A DNA stretch of 47,275 bases from Sphaeroforma arctica JP610 (GCF_001186125.1 NW_014040414.1:11996-59270), one strand, 5' to 3'; shown: positions 1 through 11,826, counted from the stretch's first letter. Numbers and translations: made by a program. Notes: generated from the sequence alone by a model not told the origin.

Positions 1-107
1 AAATTGATTTGTATCGAAATATATGCATATATATATATAGATATATATATATATACCATATAGTCACGAGACAGATATGCTATGTGGATAATGTGAATAG
101 TAGCATA

Positions 108-530
108 TTTATGTTGACTCTATCAAAATCGCGCTCCCAGCGGCACAAATAATTTCGTTCTCCGAGTTCGGGTATTGCTAGTGAAGGTGTGTAACTGTGC
201 AGTTAGTTTACTGACCCATATCTGGTCATTCCAGACTACTTACTTATAGCTATGAATTTCACATACCGAACTCCGAGTAATCGTTTGTTCGAATTCAGCA
301 ATTCTTTCCTTGACATTCAGGCAGGTCTCCTCATCCGAAGAGGCTTCCTCTTCGTCCATCGCGGCTCTATGCTCAGCTACACTTTCTAAATGTCGTATTT
401 CTGCATTAATTTCTAGACTCCCTTTGTTACTTGTAGCTTCAATTAGTTCGTCGTCAATACGCTTTGAAGATAGCGTAGTGGGAACACAATTTTGTCTCTT
501 CCCGGCGGACAAACATACGAGGTATTTATA
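108..530 (-). CDS. Possible exons of an unknown acidic/coiled-coil protein (boundaries uncertain)
   Basis: Minus-strand ORF 240-512 encodes a natural-looking acidic helical stretch (RIDDELIEATSNKGSLEINAEIRHLESVAEHRAAMDEEEASSDEE...). It ends at a canonical donor (AAG|gtaagt near 243). A possible next exon after cactag near 177 reads QYPNSENEIICAAGSAILIEST*. No family recognised. Confidence 0.3.
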
Positions 531-1763
531 ACTATATATTCATCATCGCAGTACCCCATCAGAAAGAAAAAAAATGGAATCAGCAGCGGTTCGGACTATC
601 GGTTCATCACAGTATTTTCATTTGTCATGGTTATCGCTGCTATGGGGCTGCATATTCTCTTTTTTCTTTTCTTTTTTTCAATGGCCAATGGGCGGCTTGT
701 CCTACAGGCCTGAGGGCAGGCTGAGGCCTACAGTCTACACTCTATAGTAGAGGCTCTATTAAATAGCTACACAGTAGCCCTTTTTTAATTGTTCTACTCG
801 TTATTTTTGTTCGCAACCTATCAGCATTCAGCGGACAGTTGGATGACCACTGATGAGTCATAGTCCCTCTGGGGTCCGGCCCCAGTCACAGTGGCCCAGT
901 CCGACTCCAGACTCCAGTGTCCATAGTCCACACTCTGCAGGCCGCAGGGTGCACACCCCAAGGGCCAAGGGCCCAATGAATATTGGGGCCCAATTTTTAA
1001 AAACGGTACAACACTCCACACAACAACAAGAGAGGTGTACTGTGGACTGTCAGTTCCAGAGTCCAGACTGCCAGTATACAAAAAGATTAAAAAAATACAT
1101 CCCATACAGCGTATAAAAAAGTCAACGTAAAACTACGCGTCATAAATTCATAAATTTATACGTACTTTTGCACAGAATTTACCGTATTATATTTAGCTAA
1201 AAAGAAACGTATACACTAGAGGCTGGTACATGATGTAGTATTTATTTTTTTGAAATACATGACCCGGGAACGAACCCAAGAGTCCAAGTCCCAAGACATT
1301 ATAACGCACGAAAACGTAGCACGCTTTATGCTAAACGCATTCACTTGAAAGCAGTGTTTACGATATACGGATTGAAGCCTGTATGTATGTATAAGTGTCT
1401 ATATCCAGATGACCGGCATAATATACCACCGGCACTTACTGTGTATGTGACTACATTTTATATTTATTTATAACCGCTATGTGTGTAAAAACCTCTGGGA
1501 ATCGGGCGGGACTACGGGAGTCAATGACATGACGTAAAAACTAAATATATATATTACTTTTACTTGGAAACCTACACAGGTGACAGGACATAATCCGATA
1601 AGAGGTCTGATATATTTATCATACTGGGGCGAACGGTTACATGTTAGCAGTGTCTCCGTAGTCCATATCTACTGTTGATACATTTGTGTTCGAGATCTTG
1701 TAAAATCTACAATTAAATCAAAGTACTGTCGACAAACAACTAGCGATCCTCAGATACAGAATT

Positions 1764-4700
1764 ATGACCACTTTCACCGGTGGTGTACAGAGACCAACTC
1801 GTACACTTCCACCTGGTTGTAAGGGACCTGTTTGTGCATCGCTACACTTATCTGTTAGTAGACTAGTTTTAACCAAAGATGTAGGACCACGTACACTAAT
1901 ACCCGCTGCATGTGTACTTGTACATTGGTACGACGAGGAGAAGTATGCAGCTACTGAGACACCACTACGACTACTCCCTGTGTGTTCGTATGCAGCAAAG
2001 GAACGCACAGCTAGGTCAGCGAGTACAAATATAAAATCTATCCATCCTACTAACAGTTCGTCACCGGATCGTGTAAGCGCGTACAACCCTCTCCGCTACA
2101 CACATACCTACCAAATATTATGCAATACGGAAGGCTTTACGTCGTATTTGAGTAAGCATGGCGGTTGGGAGCTTAAGGTGAATGATCAGGTATCGGGGAA
2201 ACCGATTGGCGTTGTACGCATACCTGGACTGAGCACTTTAACAACCCTTTCGCCTCTGATAAAGCACTATGCTGTGCGTACTGCAGACCGTACTAAAGTG
2301 GGAGAACTCACGGTCGCATTGCACTATCAGCCGGTGTCCCCACCACGCACACGCAGAGCTCACAAGAAGCATACGAATAAGGATGATGGCAACGAAGTCG
2401 ACAATAGTGCACGCAGCAAGTCGGACGCAAACGATATTAGCCATAATACTGCGAAAGAGGATCTTGACAGTTCCGAGAATTGGAAAACGCCCGCGTGTGT
2501 AGCACGTGACGCCAGATATATAAAGTTCAGGGACCGGGACCGGTGGCGGATTTCGCCTATAGCTTCGTCGCAGACGCAGGATTCAGATAGTAGCGTGGAA
2601 CCAAACATAGATAGGAAAAATGACAAAGATAAGCACTCAAGAAATAGCGACAGAGCTCGAGAGGAAAGACCGAGAAGAAGTGGGCGTGAAGCACACAATG
2701 GGCGCACTGAGTCGACAATTCCCCACTTTGGGCCGTCGAGAGTATACAACAGCACATATGCACAACGGTCTCCACATACGCAGAGCTACTCACGACAGCA
2801 TCCACCCAATGTGCTGGACAATGACGATGGTCTGTTGAGAGATGTGTTAAAACACTTCCTGAGAAACAGCTGGCCCAGGAACGAGAGATCGGAGTACGAT
2901 GCGTATGGCTTAGGATCACATAGAGACGGCTATAACTACAAGCAATGTAATGATGATAAAGATACAGGAAAGAGTTATGGTTATGATAACCAACGAATGT
3001 CATCCCAGTTCACGTGTCGTAGACCTCCATACGAGCCGAATACAGGTACAGATATACACGGCAATGTATACGAGCGCTACAGATATCCTAGTCATGCAGG
3101 CAGTAGGGTCAGTCAGCAAGTTTGGGTAGGCTTTGGTCTGTGTAACCAGCCACGATGCACGTGTATGCACGACCTTCTGAAGACAAGTAAGGTGCGTGTG
3201 CACCTGGAAGACACTTTTGCCTACAGGACAGATGTATGCTTAGTCAAGCCGCTGATCTGTTTATTCCAGGTGGAACGGCACGAATTGGCTGCCTTAGCGG
3301 GTAGAGATGAAAATGTACTAATTCCTATCGTATTTACCAAGGAGGGCAGCAGCCGTGGTGGACGCAGCGACAGTGAAGGAGAAGTTGTGCGTAATATTGC
3401 GAAGACCAAGGAAAGAAGTAGTCAGACCGTGGGTGTAGCTAAAGTAGATATACTCGGGCTGTGCCAGTCTATGTGTGCACCCGGAGATGTAGATGCCACC
3501 CAGCCCACCACTTTATACAATGTACACTCGCCCAAATCCGGTAAGAGCAAGGCACGTATACATGTCTGCACTGCCGCGGGTTCGTATGCGCATGTGATGC
3601 GTGTGTTGTACCAGACGAGTGACGTGGCTTCATCAGATCCACAGACATCCTCGCACGCAAAGACCACTGGAGATAGTAATAGCACTGATGGGGGGTATAG
3701 TAAGGGTGCGCATACGTCTACCAGAAGCGATGGTATGGGCAGCGAGGAATCCCGCTGGGCACGACCGACGAATCAAACCGCGGGTAAACCCGGGATTGGA
3801 GATCCGGCAGTAAATGATCGCCAGTGTTCCAGGTGTGTTGCGCGTGATTGTTTGTGGTTTTAGTATGCGGAGCAGTATGTATAAGTATAGCGTGTAGGCG
3901 ATGTACACTGAATGTGCTGTTGTCATTGCACATTATAAGTATTTGAAAGTGCCACTTATATAGTATGTACAAACATGTTTGACGAATCCAAGGTGATGTC
4001 ATGCTGTGGCGATAAGTTTACTTGGGCTGCGATATAAACACTCCGACATACGTCAATGTATGACTTGTATCTGCCTGGCTAAGCAAACGATAATAACGCA
4101 TAGAATCGCTTGAAGTAGTCCTGATTTCCGTAATATTAGAGGGCTAAAATCATCTCGCACTGAAGCGACAACAGATAAGTACTTGAAAGTGTCACTTGTA
4201 TAATATGTGCAAACTTGTGTGGCGAATCTGTGGTGATGTCATTTCGTGCCGATATATTCACACGGGCTGCGATATAAACGCTTCAACATGACTTGTATCT
4301 CCTGGTTAGCCAATCGTTAGTATTGTATAGTATTTTTGCAGTAGTCTTGAATTCCGGGACATTAGAACGCTAAATCCATCTCACACTGAAGTGACAACGG
4401 AGAATGTCTTGTGTCATTCAGGATCGACACTTCCGTGCGTCTACGCTATTCGTTTCTAGGACTTTGCTGGTTTATACACGAATACGAATATGCCATTTGT
4501 TATCATAGACACTCACGTCACGTCATAATTCGGCCTGCAGCAATCCTTCCGTGTCCGGCGTTCGATTGGTAATCTCTGCAATCAGCCCCATCACCGGTGC
4601 CCCCTTAAATGCCAAAGCTTGTTTTGCATCTACAGACGAATACTTACTCAAGTACAGATTTCCCTTCACCAAAGATCATGAGGTTACCACCACGGGCCTC

Positions 4701-5898
4701 TCAGTGAGTGCCAATGATAGTTCAGCCGACGGGGGTGCACGGAAAGCCACTCCATTGATCCACATACACGCACACTCGATCGTGGTAACGGATGCACAGC
4801 TCAAGGACACGATGGTGAGTTTTAGTTTAGTGGCTATGCTGCTACTTATTCTTTTTTTATTTAAGTGGGTATAATACCATGCTGCTTTCTATGAGTGAAA
4901 CTCGCATCGGTCAATATACCTCATTCTTCCACAAATCGTGGCGCGTGAAAAAGAAGAGTTTTATTTTCGTATTTAACACCAACTATTCAATTGGAACAGT
5001 AAGGTCCGGGCAGATTTTCTATTGAAAATTTCGTTGTACTCGAAACAAACAATATGTTCTTTGGTACGTACACATACATGCGAGTTTTTCTAACTGCTTT
5101 ATACACCGTCATATTGATACATTTATAGGGACAAAGCTTAGTGTTCCGTATGTGGCGACGTCACTCCATTGACAACACTGGGTGTCAAGAAGACCATTTC
5201 ATCGGCTCTGTCATAGTCGATCTGTCAGGCCTGTCTCTTGGTATCGACGAAATTTCCGGTTGGTATAATCTTTGTGGCGAACATTGCCACGTCCTCGGCC
5301 AACTCAAGGTGTGTAGTTGTGGATTCTCAACTCTGAGCTCGCTTCTTCACTTCTTTCTTTTGATATTAGCCATGTGAATTGGCTGCACGTCAGATTTGCG
5401 CGATCACATATACTGGTCGTAGTTTGTGTTAATTGTTGTGAGTTGTCATTAGGTTGTTTGTGCCTCTGAACTACGACAAGTTTATTTTCATTTGGATATG
5501 CTCCGATCACAGTCTCATATAATTCACTCCTGTGCACACGCCAGATCCACTTCCATCCGCGATATACTTCGATGACACACCTATCCGTCCCTTCGAACCT
5601 ACAAACATCCGTTGCTGGCAACAACAGCATATCCAACCACCGCTACAGTCAATCCAATATACAAAATCAGTACAAAACACAAAACCAGCACAGCACACAT
5701 AGTCAACTGCCAAACACTGCCACATCATCAATCGATACACGGGCCGCCATGGGCGACTTTGATGTCGCCCCTCCGTCCTCCCTGTCGCACTTGTACGCCT
5801 CCATCTCGGTCAAGTCTGAGTCATTCTTGGCGCAGCAACTGCTTAATAATATGGACGATTTAGATAAGATGAACAAGGCACTGGTAGCTTTAGAATAA
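1764..5898 (+). CDS. C2CD3: C2CD3-like C2-domain protein (centriole distal-end family), about 958 aa; exons 1764-3832, 4541-4814, 5129-5308, 5545-5898
   Basis: The N-terminus (TLPPGCKGPVCASLHLSVSRL...VLVHWY...TYQILCNTEGFTSYL...KPIGVVRIPGLSTL...KVGELTVALHYQP) follows the C2CD3 N-terminal C2 domain as I recall it. The late segment IGSVIVDLSGLSLGIDEISGWYNL..GQLKIHFHP matches the last C2CD3 C2 domain, and it is followed by the helix SFLAQQLLNNMDDLDKMN. All junctions are GT..AG and in phase (2877 nt in total). Confidence 0.75.
3936..4403. repeat. Diverged tandem duplication (about 240 bp x2) in C2CD3-like intron 1
   Basis: The two copies share ordered blocks: taagta(t/c)ttgaaagtg(c/t)cactt, ggtgatgtcat, gggctgcgatataaac, atgacttgtatct and catctc(g/a)cactgaag(c/t)gacaac. 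They lie at about 3936-4172 and 4177-4400. Confidence 0.85.
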
Positions 5899-6361
5899 AT
5901 TTACATTGCCAACAAATGTAAAATAAATTTCAAACGGTTACCCATAAAACTCCCTGCCCTCCGCAGCACCATACACAATACGTGTACTGATATAGCATAC
6001 GGTCTCGTTTGGAGTGTCCTCAGTGGGTATCGATTGGATTATTTTCCTATTGGTGGGGCTGCACGCCAGTAACATCATTATATCTATTTAGATGCCACCT
6101 TATAATTCTCGTTCTAGTGATACAGTTGTGCGAGTCGACAAGGAAGTCATGGAAAGGATCAACAAATTCGTTCCTGAGCGAGCATTGAAAACAGACTTTA
6201 TCGATATCATGCTACAAGAAAGAAATGATCAACAGTAGAACCGCTCAGAATACGAAAATTGTCATTTAACTTCAATTTCTAAAACCTAAGACGAGGTACA
6301 AATGTAGCGCAATTGACCGAGCTCGTCGCGATATGATACAAACACTTCAAGATCGATTGTA

Positions 6362-7708
6362 TCAAATCTGTTCTCGTAAGTATAGTGCCACCGCCTCGGC
6401 CTGCTCGATGCCCACTCTCATCAGGAATGCCGAGCTTCTGCCGTAACTTTTGTTACCCAGCACAAAGAAGTTAGGTTCCGGCGTCAGCAAACTATCAATT
6501 CCTGGGGTAGCCTGTGTTAGACAGTCACCCGAAGCTCCCAGAAGCGTTGCAGCCAACGCCATCGGACCCTCAGTAGCGTAGCATGTGTGTACTTGAAGCT
6601 CGGAATGTATGGATAGATCCGGGCGCATGCCCACGTTGGACACGAGATAGTCTACATCTAGTTTGTGCACTGGTAGCCGCTCGGCTGTGGGATCGGTGGC
6701 GTCTATGGTCAGTGTGATTGTAGGCGTGCTACCATTGGTGCTCTCATTGAGGGTGGCATATGTGATGGTGCAATTGTCTATATGGGCTACCTTGTTCTCC
6801 ATCCCAGATCCATCCCCTTCGGGCTCCGGGTTTCTGCTTACTAATTCGTTAGCCATCTCACATAGCGCCGCTCTGTTCTGAAGTGCGTCCCCTTCGAGTA
6901 CCCGATACAACTGACCACTTTTACCGAGCACTCTCCTGGTAAGCCAGTATATCTGTTGCACAGTTGGCGAATCAATCAGATTTCGCACAGATGTGGCTGC
7001 AGAATACCCGGAACCTATCACAGCCACGCGCTTGCCCTTCACCTCGCCCACCTGTGGTATCAGTCTAGTGAAGAAGCTCCCACTGTCCTTATCCCGGGAC
7101 AATTGCTTCTCGCCGATTGCAGGCATCCCACCCTCACCAAACCATGAATAGTCAGATCGAGTGCCTGTACAATCAAGCACAGCGTCTACGTCTCTGAAAC
7201 AAAATTCATCACCCACAGATTCTTTCTTGCCGCCAAGAGGTATCCTCGTACATAATATATTAAACTTGCCCTTGGAACGTGCTTCCTTGCCCATGTCTCG
7301 CTTCAGTAGCCCAGATCGGCCCACTGATACCACCCGAGTCCGCAAGTGCAGCTGCACGTTATCGCACTTTACGAGTGCCTTCGCAACCGGTTCGAGATAC
7401 TGATCGATGTACTCTCCCCCTGTCACACACTTGTCACCATCATAACCTTCGGCGTCCTGTCCATCAGATCGTAGTACTTCTCGGGACGAAGTGGATGTGT
7501 TGTACTTCCAGGGCGAAAACAAACGCACATGCGGCCAATTTTGTCGGATGTTCGACGCGATTGTATCTCCGGCTTCGAGTATAATTATTTCGCTAATATT
7601 AGGCAGACTCCTCTGCAAAGCGCTGGCACACTCAATTCCAATTGGACCAGCTCCGAGAATTGCCACCCTCTGGGTATGCGTATCTGCGTTGGTCATACTT
7701 TTCGTCAT
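6362..7708 (-). CDS. Intronless FAD-dependent NAD(P)H oxidoreductase / flavin monooxygenase-like protein, bacterial type (about 445 aa; ATG at 7708 or 7696)
   Basis: The ORF is uninterrupted. It has an FAD Rossmann motif (VAILGAGPIG), WPHVRLFSPWKYN, DAVLDCTG and an NAD(P) motif (VAVIGSGYSA). The C-terminus LQVHTCYATEGPM...PEPNFFVLGNKSYGRSSAFLMRVGIEQ resembles a bacterial flavoprotein family with a GxKSYGR signature. Confidence 0.9.
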   Translation of the reverse strand: MTKSMTNADTHTQRVAILGAGPIGIECASALQRSLPNISEIIILEAGDTIASNIRQNWPHVRLFSPWKYNTSTSSREVLRSDGQDAEGYDGDKCVTGGEYIDQYLEPVAKALVKCDNVQLHLRTRVVSVGRSGLLKRDMGKEARSKGKFNILCTRIPLGGKKESVGDEFCFRDVDAVLDCTGTRSDYSWFGEGGMPAIGEKQLSRDKDSGSFFTRLIPQVGEVKGKRVAVIGSGYSAATSVRNLIDSPTVQQIYWLTRRVLGKSGQLYRVLEGDALQNRAALCEMANELVSRNPEPEGDGSGMENKVAHIDNCTITYATLNESTNGSTPTITLTIDATDPTAERLPVHKLDVDYLVSNVGMRPDLSIHSELQVHTCYATEGPMALAATLLGASGDCLTQATPGIDSLLTPEPNFFVLGNKSYGRSSAFLMRVGIEQAEAVALYLREQI

Positions 7709-8647
7709 CAACAGCTGCGAGTGGTACGAAAACAATATGAAAGATACTTGTGGTCAACCATAGTACACGAGTACATTCCATTCTATGCACACTTATTGTC
7801 CGTCTAAGTAGTATCGGAAGAAAAGGATATTTCGAATCTGGCTCGAGAAGGTGTTACATACATTTGAGATATGCGAGATATTACCGTACGCATCACATGT
7901 ACATATTTGGTACGACTTTACGAGAACAATTATTAACAAGACTGCGTTGACGGTATATGCGGATATGTACACCTAGACATTTACTTACATTCATAGAGGC
8001 AATTAAATATTGACGATTGTCTCGATACCTGGTACTGCGTAGGAATTTGTGATGTTTTAGTCAATTACTAGCAGAAGTATTGGATTGTATGCATATATGT
8101 TCGCAATGCCTATTGCTTATATACCCGTTTAACTGTTCTGCATGAAGCTGTATTTATTTCCAGAGTTGGCCTCTGCACTAGAGAAGTATAAATGGTTCTC
8201 GTTCATATCCTCTTCAGTACGGATGTGATGCACAAAAAACTTGGGACGAACTTCCAGACTCTTCCATGGCCCTCTGGATTTTGCCGTTGTGATTTTTTCT
8301 GTTGAGATTATGTACTTGTGAGAATGAGGCTATGATTTCAGATTTTATATAGATTTTCTTTGATGACACAAAATTGAAACTTACCTTTTCAAGAACATTC
8401 TGGACAGTGACCAGAGTGTACAGAGTACAGACCGTCTCCCTGCGGCCTGCGGCCCTGCGACCTTGCCTCTCGTCAAATTGAAATGACTGATGATCATGAC
8501 TTCATGTGAGTTGTCACTACTCGTTTTTGAGATTTGTTTCAGAAATACAGAGTTTCGGATTTTTATTCGCTGTCATACATGACAAACCAATACTTTAAAT
8601 ATATAAAATACTGAAAGAAATTTAACGGAAACGCATATTTATTCAAT

Positions 8648-8802
8648 TTTTAAAAATATTGTACAGTAAGTTGCACCACTGTTTGACTGTTTTCTATAAA
8701 AAAGAACTTTATGTAGCGCGGGTCTTTTAAAAATATTGTACAGTAAGTTGCACCACTGTTTGACTGTTTTCTATAAAAAAAGAACTTTATGTAGCGCGGG
8801 TC
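8648..8802. repeat. Near-perfect 77-78 bp tandem duplication
   Basis: ttttaaaaatattgtacagtaagttgcaccactgtttgactgttttt/ctataaaaaa(a)gaactttatgtagcgcgggtc occurs at 8648-8724 and 8725-8802. Confidence 0.95.
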
Positions 8803-10953
8803 TTTTGGCGCCGAATTTTGAATAAAGGAACGATACATGCACCCTATTAACCTATTTACACATATAATTACTGTATGGCTATACTTTTTTAATAAAACAA
8901 ATAACAAAAATTAAAAAGTTAAACAGAAACGCTTTTATAAAATATTTAAAAAACCGTTCTTCTGAAACCGTTTTAAACTTTTAAACGGGAAACGGTTTGA
9001 GATTGCGGTGAACAGTGAGCACTGATATCTGAGTGCCTGTGAGTCACAACTCACCAGTGATTTATCCCAAAAAAAAAAAGGTATAACTACAGACTACAGA
9101 GACACTGGTGCTGACTGGACAGTGGAGCCCTTGAGTGTGGAGTGCATACGGGACAGTGGACACGCACAGTCGCACAGTCACAGTGTCACCCACAAGAGGT
9201 CACAGTGTGTCTGCATTCTGCAACTCGGCAGTCTGCAGTCTGCACTGTATCTGAGACTGAGAGTCTGAAGTGTGAACTCTGGAGTATCAACTCTTGCACA
9301 AGAAGTCTAGACTGAGAACTCTCTGACTGTGTCAGTGTGACTGTCGGTCTGATTGTTTGTGTTTTTTTGGTGTTTTTAAAAATCAAAACAAAGAGTTGAA
9401 TCAAGAGACCTGAAAACAGTTGAAACTTCTTTGAGACTTTGAGTGGATTCGAGACTCTGCAATGTATTTATTTTTATTTTTAAACAAAAGAGTTTGTCAG
9501 TTCGAGACTTTATTTTTATTTTTTACATTTGTTTATATTATATTTTTACAAAATAAATAAACAAAAACACCTTTTGAATTTGTTGGAGAAGTCCATCAGT
9601 GGTCAGTATTTACAAATTAGATGCAGTACTGAATAGTGGATACTGTTCACTGTGATGACTGACGAGTGACGAGTGATAAGTGATCAGTGATCAGTCTGAT
9701 CAGTCTGATCAATCCGTGACTCCTTGTGGCATGTGTCGCACTGAGTGTCGGATTCTCTCCAGAACAAGTTCTGCATACTTTACTCTGAGAGCACAAAAGA
9801 CAAAATAGTCTTGCTTTTACATGCCAAGAAGTACTAGAACCTCAGGTGAGAGAGGTTATTTTTTTAAACCCAAAATGAGTAAAGTCTGTTAAAAACTATA
9901 AACTATTCAATATTTATAGGGTTTAGGGTTTACTGTATACAAATTACACATATGTAGCCTAAAAAGAACAAATTACAAAATGAAATGCGACTTCATCAAC
10001 ATAAATAAGGAATCTTTTTTTATGCTCTTGTTTTCTTCCTCACAAATATTTTATACAAAAATATTGTTTTGTGAGTAAAGAGTGGACATTAGCTTCCATT
10101 TCTATTGACTACCCAAAATAAAGTATAAATTGATTGAGCTACATACATCATCGCGAATTCGCGATACAAATAAAAAACTTGCTCGAGACGATTATGTCAA
10201 AATAAAATCTGATCTCGCACATAAAACGCCGCCATGTGTTTTTTTCTCTACTAGGGGTAGTCATATCAAACAGCAGCCACTCAAAGCACCCATATGCAGC
10301 CAAAGTCATAGACTCTTTAGCATGCGTCCCCTCTTGTGTGAAGCTCGGATGTATGGGGAAATCCGGACACATGCACACAATGGGTTTCATCTAGTTAATG
10401 CGCTGGAAGCTGCTCGGCTGTGGGCTGATACGTTGAAATAACGATTGTTAAGACAGCGTCACAGCGGTCAATTACTCTCCCGGAAGGATTGGATATCTTC
10501 TACTGATATACTCTTGTTTGTTCGCAATGCTCATTACGTTATATTCTTCTTCACCCACATGAAGAGATGTCAATTCCCATCCATCATATCCTCTCAAAAT
10601 TAACATGTGCACCACTTAAAATTCAGGGCAAATTGCCAGACTCTTGCGTGGCCCTCTAGATTTTGTTGCGATCAAATATACATATTCTGATATTCTTCTG
10701 CTGATCTGGTGGTCTCTTTTATGTTTCTTTACTTTTCTTCTGTTGTTGTTCGCTTCTTCTCTTCGTGCTCGAGATGAGGAGAAACAGATGCGCCTGCCCT
10801 TTGTTGTCTACTTGCCTCTCTTCTTTTCTTAAATTGTTGTGGAACACTAGCGCGGCAGCGCTCCTAGAGCCTTTGACTCTTCAAGTCTTCACCCTTCTAC
10901 TTCTGAAATTCCGAGTCTCTGACTGTCGCATACATACTCATCAAGTCTTCTTT

Positions 10954-11120
10954 CCACTCTCCACTCCCCACTCCCCATTCTCCACTCTCCACTCTCCACT
11001 CTCCACTCTCTACTCTCTACTCTCCACTCTCCACTCTCCACTCTCCACTCTCCCAAGTGACAGTCTCCAGTTATCCACTCTCCACTCTCCCCAGTGACAG
11101 TCTCCAGTTGTCCACTCTCC
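10954..11120. repeat. (CTCCACT)n heptamer satellite
   Basis: Direct run of ctccact units with ctctact/ccccact variants, ending in a duplicated agtgacagtctccagtt block. Confidence 0.95.
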
Positions 11121-11705
11121 AGTCTTTCTGACTTTCTTTCTCTGTTATTTAAAAATAGATTCAAGATTGTAATGTTATACATATGTTTACTTATTTTTAT
11201 GAGAATATATATGTATAAAACTATTTTACTCTATAGTTGGAGTTCAACCACATCCACTCGTCCAGTTATAAATTACAATAATGTACATAGGTGGATACCT
11301 TTTACTCTTGAGTCTGTACCCTGGAGTATGTGGCCCTCCGGGCAGCTTGCTGGACTCTGGACTCTGGAGTCCTGGACATTCTATTTTCAGTACATATGGA
11401 TTATGGTGACCGTGGGGCGTGGGGCGTGGGGCGTGGGTGTGTACACACTGTGTATGTAAATATTTACTATTAGTATTTATTTTGACCACATAATGTATTG
11501 GACTATTGGCCAATGTCCCCATAATCATATTTACTTTGTCCTACAAAACTGTCCCTGAATTTTTCGGCTGCGTATTTCAGAGTCCAGACTCTGGGTCCTG
11601 GGTCCTGGATTCAGGACTTCAGAAGTTCAGAAGTGCAGGGCCAGGGTCCTCAGACTCCACACTCATCAAAGACGTTCCTTGTAAATATTTTCATAGCCTT
11701 CTAAA

Positions 11706-11826
11706 TGTATAATTTAGAAGGCTATGATATTTTGGTTTGTTTGTTTTTAAATTTTTTTTAAATATGGGTTTGTTTTTTAAAAAGCAAAAACAAAACTAAC
11801 CCAACCATAGCCTTCTAAATTATACA
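11706..11826. mobile_element. MITE-like element with 21-bp perfect terminal inverted repeats
   Basis: tgtataatttagaaggctatg (11706-11726) is the exact reverse complement of catagccttctaaattataca (11806-11826). The interior is AT-rich and non-coding. No target-site duplication could be established. Confidence 0.5.

Noticed and set aside
1500..1540. GC-box/CRE-like words (gggcggga, tgacgtaa) upstream of the C2CD3-like gene; no convincing RFX X-box found
   Set aside because: Short motifs cannot be supported without transcription start or conservation data.
9913..9931. Telomere-like tatagggtttagggttt
   Set aside because: Only about two units, which is compatible with chance in AT-rich DNA.
10765..11182. 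ORFs with STLHSPL / ESGEWRV repeats
   Set aside because: They are translations of the CTCCACT satellite.
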